A program made the translations under genes and the position numbers. This document shows, piece by piece, positions 53,104-64,000 of a stretch of 64,000 bases of DNA (position 1 is its first letter; every line of letters begins with the position of its first letter). This DNA is from Octopus sinensis (lineage: Eukaryota), in assembly GCF_006345805.1 (NCBI RefSeq), contig NC_042997.1, positions 25,668,001 through 25,732,000 on the forward strand. The letters run 5' to 3'. The notes under the pieces were generated by a model that saw nothing but the letters and a program-made list of their open reading frames with translations, had not been told where the DNA came from and searched no databases.

Positions 53104-53290
53104 CACACATACACACAGACTCAATCACAAGCAATCGCATATACAAGTAATTCCTTGAAGATATAATTTAGAGGAGATTAAAATATTTTTTTGGTACTGA
53201 ATTTACTCAGGTGCTCTCCAACTTAAAATGCCAACCTATCAGACATTACTAGATATGATTTTCATCACCATAAGTGCCCCAAGAAGTTAC

Positions 53291-53465
53291 TTGTTGACAA
53301 AAACTTGTATGCTGGTGAGTTTACGTCCCCGCCACTTAGCGGTTCGGCAAGACAGACCGATAGAATAAGTACTAGGCTTACAAATAATAAGTCCTGGTGT
53401 CGATTTGCTCGACTAAAGTCGGTGCTCCAGCTTGGCCGCAGTCAAATGACTGAAACAAATAAAGG
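53291..53465 (+). mobile_element. SINE family A, 3' half
   Basis: TGCTGGTG..TTTACGTCCCC..CACTTAGCGGTTCGGCAA...GTCAAATGACTGAAACAA. Confidence 0.85.
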
Positions 53466-53539
53466 AATACCTAACGTTATAGGTAGGAACTCGCTAGCCA
53501 CATAATTCCTTCCTGGAATAAGATCGAACCTTAGCCATA

Positions 53540-54050
53540 GATAATGAAAACAATGCATGTGCAATGCCGCAGAGAAATGGAAGGGAAAGAAAGACCAACA
53601 CCTGGAAATGGCTGAGAAAATGTAATCTGAATGGATGCACTGAGGCACTGATATGCAGCGCCCAGGACCAAGCGCTGAGAACTAATTATACCAAGTTCCA
53701 AATAGATAAGCAGAGTAAATCGTCCCTTTCCAGGATGTGTGACAGCAAAAGATCTCACATATTGTGAGTGAGCGTAGCAAGCCGGTCCAAAAGCACTACA
53801 AAAGGAGGTACAATAACGTGGGTAAATTTATTCACTGGATACCGTGCGAAAATTACGGTCTCGGCAGAGCATAGAAATGGTACAAACACAGACCAGGGGG
53901 GTGTCACAGAGAACAATGAATATAAGTTCTGTGGGATTTTACGATCCAGTTTAACTCCCCAATTGATGCTTGGGGACCAGATAGACATTATTGTGGTAGA
54001 TACGTAAAAGAAAAAATGAAAACAAGATCATAGATATTGCCATACCAGCT
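53540..54050 (+). mobile_element. R4-like LINE fragment (post-RT region, knuckle, start of RLE)
   Basis: TWKWLRKCNLNGCTEALICSAQDQALRTNYTKFQIDK, HYKRRYNNVGKFIHW and IIDIAIP. Confidence 0.8.
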
Positions 54051-54059
54051 CTTTTCTAA

Positions 54060-56170
54060 GACTGATTTCCTCCAACCAATTCAGTATTCAAATGTTTCAT
54101 ACTTTCATTAACCATTTTCTGCCAATCTGAATACGCTCATTATTGTACTTACCCAACTATGTGGTAGCATGTCATATACTTATTTTAAAATCTAGCCATG
54201 CTACATTCAGACCCCGCAAACTTGCTACTGCAATATCTAATTATCATTTTATCAACTAGTAAGTGGTCCCTTGTTGCCCTACATTGTTTGTTGCATCCTT
54301 TCTGTTCTTCACAAAGTAGATTGTTACTTTTTAGATGATTGTACAGCTTTTTTCAACAAGACACTGGTCATAAGTATCCACATAAGTGGTAAACGGGTTA
54401 TAGCTCGAAACTTTGATGCCAAGTTATCTTTCATGGGATCCTTGAGACATAACAGCATTCGCTCACTTGTCATCCAGGTAGGAACGTGCCCATGCTGCAG
54501 GAATTCATCCAGTTATGAAGCGATCCTTTCATGCAACTGTGTAAAAGTTCTTTAACCAGCAACCTTGTATCATATCTGGGCCTGGTCCTTTTAAATTTGC
54601 TATTTTTAAAAATTTCAGTCTCTATTTTTTTTAATTTCATAGATCGATGTGGATGTCATTCTGTCTTGGCACAGTTGCAAGTTGTCTTTTCACCTGTGTT
54701 AACCACTCTGAACTTTCTATGTTTTACTGGTCTTCTGCATTTATTTATTCTGCATCAGGAATCAGTTCCTCATGCTGGTCCCATCAAAAACACTGCTAAT
54801 TGTTTGGAACAGCTCAAAATCCTTTACAACTGCATAATATCTTTAAAGCTATCAACTTTTCTGATAATCCTTCATGTACTGTCTGGTTTCCCCTTTTTTA
54901 TAACTTGTTCTATCCATTCAATTTTCTGATTACTACCTCATTCTTGAACTCTCCTCTCATTATCTTATTCATTGGCCCCATTTCTATCTGTGTCATTTCC
55001 AAATTCGTTCATATTCTCTTCTTCCTCTTAGTGTTTTTCTTTTCATTTCTTTTCATTTCTTCAGTTATCCGCTTATAACCTATCTTGTCAGCTACAGTAT
55101 TAGTAGCAGCTATGATTAGCTGGTTTATTATTGCTTTTGTTGTTGATAATATCTCTTTTCATCAAAAGTTTTGTTAAAACTCCTGGAGTCTTGCATACGT
55201 AGCGTGCCGTGCCACCCACTCACTTCAGCTATCTAATACCTTCCTGAATATTCTTGCCTTGCCAAGGAGGCAAACCTTTTGTAACAGTTTTACTGGTCAG
55301 TCTATTCCAATTTCCTTTCTATTCCTCTTGATGCCATGTGGTACTTTTCCCATGGTCCCAACAATAATTGGCTCTGTCTTCACTTTTTTCATTTCCAATA
55401 GCCGGGCTATTTCGAACTTAGTGGGTTGTATTTATCTATCAATCTTTTCGCCTTCCTTCTTGACTATTTGTGGCTCAAAGGAGCATGTAACATCAACTAT
55501 GTAGCGCATGTGGTGCACCTGGTTCATCACTACTAGGTCCGGTCTGTTATGCTATAGCACCTGATCTGTTTCGATTGATACTCTCCCGTGCGCTAATCAG
55601 GTCACGTCCACCTATACTACACTTCGTGTAGAGCCTGTGTTCGTTTGCATTAGGATGGAGGTAGCCATACATTGTCATCGTCTTTCGGATAGTGCGATCA
55701 AGCTCCGTTCGTGTCCATTTCAGAATGAGTAAAACTATAGCGGACTACAGCAACATATCTTATGTTGGTGGCAGTCACAAGGTTCCATGCATTGAGGCTC
55801 TACAAATATGCAGTGGTGATCTGTTTTTCCCTTTCTCTGTACAAAATATTGTCCAGCTTCAGGATCCCAAGGTACTTGTACCCATCAGCATCTGGGGCTC
55901 CCTTTCGCGCTTCGTTTAGCAGTTTTATACGCTTTTAAGTTGCTTTTTTCCCCGCTTCAAAATGAGCACCGCACACTTTCAGATTCTGAATTCCATCCCT
56001 ATATTCATGTTGCACATCTTTACTGTCTTAGCCAGCCTCTTAATTTCAGGTCTGTTTTCACCCCCGGGTTCTGAGATCTTTCCAGTCAGTTCCACTAAAT
56101 ACCATTCTCCCTATTTCGGCATGTATATTGTCACATCTAGAATATTGTTGCTGACTGTCCCTTTTACCAA
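54060..56170 (-). mobile_element. Stacked R4-like LINE fragments (RT core 54060-54560, N-terminal region to ~55170, RLE/post-RT 55200-56170)
   Basis: EFLQHGHVPTWMT..KDP..FRAITRLPLMW..EEQKGC..TRDHLLVDKMI..AWLDFK..YDMLPHSW; RPDLVV; QKVCLLGKARIFRKVL; KCAVLILKRG, GYKYLGIL. Confidence 0.82.
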
Positions 56171-56559
56171 GCAACAGAAATTCTTATGATTGCTGACACA
56201 CGACAGAGGGCAAAGGCACAAAGAAATGAGGAAATAAACAATGTTTTAAAAAATCAATAAATATCATTTATTGCATGACAAATTTGGTCATCGGAAGCGC
56301 ATGAAATTCACAGACAGTATTCCTGTATGCGTCACTCTGAGCGAGACATTATTTGAACTATGCCGAAGTTATGACATTGTCACTGGCTTCGTAAATTAAT
56401 ATGAACTTAAAACACACAAAAGCAAATATAGTTGGGTCTCACAATGCGTAAAGATAAAGCGGTACAACAAATTTAGTACAATATGACATGCGTTATATAA
56501 GATTGTTCTAGAAAACGTTAACGAAGAAAAATACTCCATAATCTATATCAACTGTAGTT

Positions 56560-57980
56560 TCTGTTTTATTCCTTGTAGGATTTATGTGGGTAGCGGGTTA
56601 CCTTAGGTATCCAGAAATCAGTCTTTCCAGTGCTTAGAACACTCCTGATAATCCTTGCTATCCCTAAGAGACAAACTTTCTGTAGGAGCTCTACCAGGCA
56701 TTTTATTCCAATTTCCTTCAACCATTTGTATATATATTTGCTTATTGCTCCCAACAGACTAATTATTATAGGCACGACTTTTACTCTTCTCATGCTCCAA
56801 ATGCTTCCTATTTTAAATTCTAAGGGACTGGACACTTTTTGTCGTCCTCTTTCAATACGATCCTGGAATCAAACGGGCATGATGGGTCAATCCGTAAGCA
56901 ACTTCGCTTTTCCTTATCTGTAATGGCTATGTCTGGTCTATTATTTTCGAAATTCTTGTCAGTTTGAATAGGAAATCTTACATTTCTCCGACTCCAGTAC
57001 TCTTTCACCTCGGTGATTGTACCATGTGCTTCTTGCTTCAAATCCCCAATTAATGCACGGTTTCCAGTATAAAACGTTTACAACCTGGTCGTGCCTACAT
57101 TTCTAATATTCTTACTTTGTCAACTTGTACCATTCTGCCACAATGTGTGCCATTGTCTCGTACCAACATCCACAGGGTTAAAATTTTTCTGACACATTCT
57201 CTCCACATATATTTTTTCTCTCTTCTTTTTAACTCTTTTTTTTTAATTGTTTCAGTCATTTGACTGCAGCCATTCTGGAGCACCGTCTTTAGTCGAGCAA
57301 ATCAACCCAAGGACTTATTCTATGGAAGCATAGTACTAATTCTATCGTTCTCTTTTGCCGAAACACTACGTTATGGGGACGTATCGGTTGTCAAGCGATG
57401 TTGGAGGTCAAAAAACAGACACACAAACATATACACATGCATATATATACATATATACGACTGGCTTCTTTCAGTTTCCGTCTACCAAATCCACTCACAA
57501 GGCTTTGCTCAGCCCTTAGGCTATAGTAGAAGACACTTGCACAATTGCCACGCTGTGGGAATGATCCCGAACCTTGTGGTTGGTAAGCAAGCTACTTACG
57601 CCTATGTTGTTCGCTTCTATCGCTTGGTCTAAGGCTGCTACAATAAGGCTCTCTATTACAATAAGGCTCGCCCCTTTCTTAACCAAACCCGGGATTTTGT
57701 TCCACATACATCTTCAGCGGCACTCCAAAATTGGCCATGCAGCGGTTTCTCTACAATCTGTTTGCCGTACTCTCTTTGTATTTCATTCGTGCTTTTTTCT
57801 CCTATTGCGCGTTTTTGGCGGTTTTTCTGTACTACTTGGTAAATACACTTCTAGGCTTTTTCTTTCCATCTGTACACATTCTTCTGCTACTATTAATGTT
57901 CCTCCATCCTGATCACTTCTCAAGTATAACCTGTTGATATCAGCTTTCGAATGGTGGTCTCCATTCATTGTCAACAACTT
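56560..57980 (-). mobile_element. R4-like LINE 3' portion interrupted by SINE A (57231-57604)
   Basis: MLTMNGDHHSKADINRLYL, PLHGQFW, ESLIVAALDQAI, NNRPDIAITDKEKRSCLRIDPSCPFD, VKVVPIIISLLG and LQKVCLLGIARIIRSVL. The SINE head lacks its A-box segment. Confidence 0.85.
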
Positions 57981-58144
57981 TCTAGTTTATCTGTTAGGTT
58001 GTTTTTTTTGTGTCTATTTTGGTCCGGTCTATCAGTTCAACTACATATCTGACTTAGGGTAATCGACTAGTGCCACAAACCTAAATTTCAGGCTTGGAGC
58101 CTTTCGTAGAAAAGGTTATTATTATCTTCATCGTCATCATCATC

Positions 58145-58505
58145 AAGGCCGGAAACTGACAGAATTGCCACCACACCGGCCAAAATGCTGTCGTCCGTCT
58201 TAACATTCTGAGTTCAAATTCCACCGTGATTGACTTTGCCTTTTATCGATGAAATAAGTACCGGACAAGCACTGAAGTCGATATATATTTCTTTACTACC
58301 CACAAGGGGCTAAACATAGAGAGGACGAGCAAGGACAAACAAACGGATTAAGTCGATTACATCGACCCCAGTGCGAAACTTGTATTTTTATTTATCGACC
58401 CCGGAATTTGAACTCAGCGGAATTTGAACTCAGAAAGTAACGACAGACGAAATACCGCTAAGCATTCCGCCCGGTGCGCTAACGTGTCTGCCAGCTCGCC
58501 GCCTT
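58145..58505. mobile_element. Abutting inverted pair of SINE B copies (+ 58145-58283, - 58286-58505)
   Basis: A diverged plus copy with GAGTTCAAATTCC is directly followed by a minus copy with the full tail TTCTTTACTACCCACAAGGGGCTAAAC. Confidence 0.8.
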
Positions 58506-58529
58506 CATTATTTTTTATTGTAATTATAC

Positions 58530-59480
58530 TGCAGTAAAATTATACTGAAGTCGATATAATTGAGTGTCCCCTCCACCACAAATGTCAGGCCTTGTGCCTA
58601 GAGTATGAAATATAGTAATTGTCGTTTGCGTACAAAGGAAATTCTCTATCGGCGTTTCTCCCATTTTTGCGTTCTGAGATCAGAGATGTTAAATTTCGGA
58701 GTCGATGAATTATAGTGCCAGTCAAGCAACGGAGGTAATGCAGTCGTCAATCCACTTTGACAAGTATGGCTTGTATTGTGCCAAATTATGGAACAAATCT
58801 TGCAGGTGAAATCAATAGCTGAAGGACAAAATGCTGAGCGGCATTCCTTCTGATTTTTCCTTTCTGTGCGTAGAGGTCAAATTTGCCACTGAATATTTCG
58901 GTTTCGTTTAAATAAGTACTGGTTAAGTACTAGGGTTGATATACTAGGATTGATATAATCTACTACCCGCTCCTAACATTGCTGGTATTATGCCAAGTTT
59001 TAAAGGATTAGCATCTATAATTTTCATATCGCTATGTATGATAGGAAGTTAGTCGGACAAATATTCTACAGTATCTATTTCCTTCTATTTATGTTTCTGT
59101 ATTCTCTTTGCACTGAGGTCAACGTTGTCTTTCTTCATTATAAGATCGACATTTTCAAATAATATACTGAATTAATATCATAAGTTAGTCTGTTTTCCGA
59201 ACTATATAGTTTTCTATACACGGCAATCATTTTATATTTTCTTTTAATATATCTCACTCATCGCAAACGTGGTCGATGGGCTGAATGCGTTGAGCGTCTC
59301 AATAAATGCCTTATACTGTTTAAGTTCGTTTAGTAATATTTAGGAGACTGATTTTTTATGATGTATTACTTTATGGCATACAACTACATTCAGTTATCTT
59401 CTAAGATAGTGTCCTATGAAATGCAACTCTATCTCGGCAGTTATAGACTTTGCGTTTCATCCTCTCAATGTCGATAATAT
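58530..59480 (+). mobile_element. Cluster of heavily decayed SINE B-like fragments
   Basis: Recurrent remnants: AAAATGCTGAGCGG, GAGGTCAAATTTGCC, AAATAAGTACTGG, GAGGTCAACGTTGTCTTTC, GACTTTGCGTTTCATCCT..GTCGATAA. Confidence 0.5.
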
Positions 59481-60447
59481 AAAAACATCAACTAAATTCC
59501 AACTGGGCTTGTTTCTCGTTTAGACATTGTCATTATTATGTCAGATAATTTAATTAATTTGTCATTGCTTTATTTTTACTTTAAATTCACCAAATACCCT
59601 GGGTAGAATAAATAGAAGTATAAACGAAAGGAAAAAAAACGAATGAAAACAAGAGTATAGTGAAATGAGTATGTTACTAAAGCCTATCTGACAACATAGA
59701 GAGACTGCATTGACATCTTCTCTCAATACATCCTAATGAACTTTCATCAACTACTCGATGCTAATATAAACAAGATACCGGCTGACATTCGTTCGTTTTA
59801 CTAGAGTTTCTTGTAATTCGCCATGTTTCATTTATTTATTTATTGCTCTTAGAATTGATATTGTCAGTATTATTGTTCTTTCATCTTCTATTCTACACAC
59901 AGACACCTGCTTAAATAGAATACAGAAGACATTCATCTTATTCTTTTGTTTCTCTTTCTGTAGTTGAAAAAAAAAAGTTGAAGAATTGATATGTGCGGGA
60001 TTTCGAGTTGTATATTACAAACACAAACACGGACGCAAGCACAAATACGCACGCATACATACGTACATACATTCATACATGTATGTATGTATGTATGTAT
60101 GTATGTATGTATGTATGTATGTATGTATGTATGTATGTATGTATGTATGTATGTGTTATATTTATATACTATATCCGCATATATATATATATACAGACAG
60201 ATAGACACAAGTATATATGTGTGTGTTGTGTGTGTGTGTGTGTGAGTGTGCGTGTCCCTGTGCATCTATTTAAGTATATATAATATATTTTATATATTAG
60301 CTAATGGAAAAGGATGTATATACATATGTATTTATTGTCGCATGTATCATCGCACAAATATTTGTACACATAAACGTATACTTTGAGTCCAAAAGAACAC
60401 ATGTATGCACACACACATGCACGCACACAGCCCTATATCTTAATTAT

Positions 60448-60522
<75 letters not shown>

Positions 60523-61239
60523 TATATACATATACATACATCTACACACACACACACATATATCTATATAGTAGGAATTTGCGAAATTTTATTTTCCCCT
60601 TCGTCTAACTTCAATTCAAAGAAATAGTGTCAGATTTCTTGGGTGTTGACAAATAATGTCACCACTATCTTATCAGTGTCTTACAGTATCCTTCTCTCAA
60701 ATGAATAGTTTTAAAAAAGGAGCAACTCGAAGATTTCTTTAGACTTGAAAACGGAAGTACACCGAATGTCACTTCTCAAACAGACACGAAATTTTGATGG
60801 TATTTCAGTGCATTTTTAAAATGTCTGGCTATTCGTTTATATATTGTTTATCACCTTATTTGCTTTTGTTTGTTTATCTTACTGTCGCTTCTGAAATTCA
60901 ATTTCTGAAATGTCTGTTATTGTTTAATTTTCATTGTACTTAGACTTCTTTCATTTTCTTTTCTTTTTTCATCTTTTTTTTTTCATTTTTGAAAGAAAGC
61001 TGTAACATCCTAAGTACATTAAGATCACGTTGATCGGATTCGCCAACTCGGTTTCTATACCTTGCTGGGAAAAATCTCATTTTATTTGCATGGCTAGAAT
61101 TTCTTACATGTGTATATTATTCCATTTCTCAAGACACTTCCCAATATTTTATATGCATGCACTCACAAATACACAAACTCTCCAAAACACACACACATAC
61201 ACATGCATGTTAATTCATACAAAGTATCATAAAAGCATA

Positions 61240-61890
61240 CATACATACATACATCATACATATATACATATATATATATATCATGTATGCATACATACAT
61301 CCCATCACATATATACATACATACATACATACTCATGCATGCATACATACTACATACATACATACATACATACATACATACATACATACATACATACATA
61401 CATACCTACATACATACATACATACATACATACATACATACATACATACATACATGCATGCATACATACATACATACATACATACATACATACATACATA
61501 CATACATGCATTGCATACATACATACATACATACATACTACATACATACATACATACATACATACATACATACATACATACATACATGCATACATACATA
61601 CATACATACATTACATGCATACATACATACATACATACATGCATACATACATACATACATACATACATGCATACATACATACATACATACATACATACAT
61701 ACATACATACATACATACATAACATACATACATTACATACATACATACATGCATGCATACATACATACATACTACATAACATACATACATACATACATAC
61801 ATACATGCATGCATGCATACATAACATACATACATACATACATACATACATACATACATACATACATACATACATACGTACATACATAGA
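61240..61890. repeat. Long imperfect (TACA)n tetranucleotide array
   Basis: About 650 bp of TACA with interspersed TGCA/TA variants. It produces the His/Thr/Tyr/Ile pseudo-ORFs. Confidence 0.95.
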
Positions 61891-62110
61891 TATATGCATG
61901 CAAGTTGAGTCCTGCGAAAATATATGGATTTTAGTTTCTGAGGTTTGCTATTTTTTCGTAGTGAGTGCCAAGAAAATGCATTAGTATTTCTTATTTGGTA
62001 ACCGTTTAGTTAGTACTCACCCCATTGCCGGACGATAGCAAAGCACCCAACGTTAAACCACACAGTCTTCACTGTAAACGACTCCAACAAACCTTCTCAT
62101 TCTTTGCTGC

Positions 62111-62234
62111 TCTAGGCACAATGCCCGAAATTTTGGGGAGGAGGCCAGTCGATTTGATCGACCTCAGTACGCATCTGGTACTTAATTTATCGACAGCCGA
62201 AAGGATGAAAGTCAAAGTCGATCTCGGCGGAATG
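62111..62234 (-). mobile_element. SINE B variant with the alternative (B') tail, headless
   Basis: Reverse complement of GACTGGCC..CTCCCCAAAATTTCGGGCATTGTGCCTAGA joined to the family B core. Confidence 0.75.
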
Positions 62235-62507
62235 TGTGACTGAAACAAGTAAAAAGAACCCTACTTTGTCATCATAGCTAATTATGAAAGGAGCATTACT
62301 TAAGTAGAATTCATCATGTATTGGAAACATGAAGATGGCAATGCAGACTATGAACAGTTTCCTTGACTTTCGGATGCTTTTTATTTATATGCTTTTAGTT
62401 AATACTTAAAGGAACTGGGACTCGTTTCAACAGAAAACAAATTTGCTGACGAAACACGGGAAGAATATTCGATTTCTTCCAAGTTTAGATCAGTATCAGC
62501 GACGCCC

Positions 62508-63129
62508 AAAGGTCGCGAGCTGGAAGATACATTAGCACGCTGGGCGAAATGCTTAGCGGTATTTCGTCTGTCGTTACGTTCTGAGTTCAAATTCCGCCGA
62601 GGTAGACTTTGCCTTTCATCCATTCGGGGTCCATAAATTAAGTACCAGTTACGCACTGGGGTCGATATAATCGACTTAATCCGTTTGTCTGCCCTTGTTT
62701 GTCCACTCTGTATTTAGCCCCTTGTGGTTAGTAATGAAATAGGTATTTCGTCTGCCGTTACGATCTGAGTTCAAATTCTGCCGATGTCGACTTTGCCTTT
62801 CATCCTTTCGGGGTCGATAAATTAAGTACCAGTTACGCTCTGGGGTCGTTGTAATCGACTTAATCTCTTTGTCTGTCCTTTATTGTCCCCTCTATGTTTA
62901 GCCCATTGTGAGCAATAAAAAATAAGATATAAGAAACTTTAGCAAGCTGGGAGAAATGCGTCTTGGTATTTCGTCTGTCTTTTCGTTCTGAGTTCATATA
63001 CAGTCGAGGTCGACTTTGTCTTTCATCCTTTCGAGGTCTATAAATAACATATCAATTGTGTACAGGCGTCGATCTAATCGACTGGCCCCCTCTCCAAAAA
63101 TTTCGGGCATTGTGCCTAGAGTAGATAAG
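62508..63129 (+). mobile_element. Head-to-tail SINE B trimer bounded by a 16-bp TSD
   Basis: Units ~62508-62741, 62742-62927 and 62925-63129 (the last has the B' tail). Flanks AGTATCAGCGACGCCC (62492-62507) and AGTATCTGCGACGCCC (63130-63145) differ by 1 base. Confidence 0.85.
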
Positions 63130-63306
63130 AGTATCTGCGACGCCCGCATGGCATTTGGGTGCGACATAGATTTTTTCACACATCACACCTCCTTGGGAAA
63201 ATTTCCAAACGCCCAGCATCTTCATTAATGCGAACTTACATACAGACATACTATGTACGTGCGTACACAGATACATAGATATGTGCATATATGTATGTAC
63301 TTATGT

Positions 63307-63343
<37 letters not shown>

Positions 63344-63346
<3 letters not shown>

Positions 63347-64000
63347 CGGGAAGCTTTATGAAAATAAACAAAAGACGAAGGCAGGTGGAAAACAAACGAA
63401 CAATTGTATAGTATGGGCGCTCAGGAAATAAATAAAACAAGTCTTTAACGTTTCGAGCCTACGCTCTTCAACAGAAAGAACACAGAGAGAGAAAAACACA
63501 GAAAGAAGGAGAGAAAAAAAATGCGTGCAGTAGCTAACGAATCAACATGGCGATCTGATTTCGGCCAGAGGTCAAAGATCAAACATGAGACGCGAGAGCG
63601 AAATAAGGGGAGATAATAGGGTTGATAAAAGGGTTGAGGGACCAGCTAAAAGTGTGTGGGAGGGGTCTGGATGTGTGTATGTATAGGGTTGGTGTATGTA
63701 TTAGTATGTATAAGGGTGTGTGTGTGTGTGTGTGTGTATGAGAGAGTATTAGTGCGTAAGATTGGTCTGGACGTGCGTATGTATGGGGTTGGTGTATGTA
63801 TTAGTATGTATTAGTATGTATTAGTACGTATTGGTATGTATAGGTGTGTGTGTGTGTGTGAGAGAGTATAAGTGCGTATGCGGGGTCAGGACGTGTGTAT
63901 GTATAGGGTTGGTGTAAGTATTAGTATGTACTAGTATGTATTAGTACGTATTAGTATGTATTAGTTGGTGTGTGTATTAGTATGGCACATCATATGTGAT
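63344..64000 (-). mobile_element. PLE-like terminus (3' end at (TA)n) with an internal compound minisatellite
   Basis: Contains a hammerhead-like motif at 63442-63479, shares its terminal ~130 bp with 39160-39292, and runs off the window through a ~100-120-bp repeat. Confidence 0.6.
63442..63479 (-). ncRNA. Variant minimal type I hammerhead-like motif
   Basis: Minus strand: TCTTT CTGTTGA A GAG cgtagg CTC GAAA CG T T| AAAGA. Stems I and II are intact, stem III is the palindrome ACGT, A6 is U and position 17 is U. Confidence 0.6.

Noticed and set aside
61030-61984. Long ORFs of 188-233 aa (and similar at 5504-6216, 37264-37719, 48807-49220)
   Set aside because: They are translations of (TACA)n, (TAG)n, (AAT)n and (AAG)n arrays with no real protein content.
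62446-62490. CTGACGA followed by a hairpin (GGAAGAA/TTCTTCC)
   Set aside because: No GAAA follows the stem, and stems I and III are absent.

Overview
This is AT-rich, microsatellite-saturated eukaryotic DNA made almost entirely of transposon relics. The SINE/LINE make-up suggests an octopod cephalopod, most likely intron or intergenic sequence (inference, not a database hit). I could not support any host protein-coding exon, rRNA, true tRNA or CRISPR array, and most ORFs in the track are translated microsatellites. Recognisable content: (i) at least 12 fragments of R4/Dong-like LINEs carrying a restriction-like endonuclease, which tend to start or end in (AAT)n/(TAG)n/(AAG)n arrays; (ii) three tRNA-derived SINE groups (A, B, C) in about 25 copies; (iii) a DD34D mariner relic and two DD41D-type Tc1/mariner deletion derivatives; (iv) three copies of a non-autonomous Helitron; (v) an RTE LINE 3' end in two copies; (vi) two Penelope-like (PLE) RT relics. 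The most interesting object is at 25.9-26.9 kb. A 350-bp unit occurs twice, 536 bp apart and about 99% identical, and each copy carries a complete minimal type I hammerhead ribozyme (stem I TTTTGG/CCAAAA, CTGACGA, stem II GCTA/TAGC, GAAA, palindromic stem III, GTC cleavage site). The first copy is enclosed by an 83-bp inverted repeat. This is a retrozyme/PLE-terminus architecture predicted to release a 536-nt RNA. A second hammerhead family with a variant core lies at 63.4 kb, and probable decayed hammerheads lie at 39.2 and 51.7 kb. Other notable structures are a TSD-bounded SINE trimer, an inverted-repeat-bounded segment containing a copy of its own flank, and a Helitron whose empty A|T site can be rebuilt from a paralogous repeat. 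All alignments and folds were done by eye; coordinates of degenerate elements are approximate (tens of bp).
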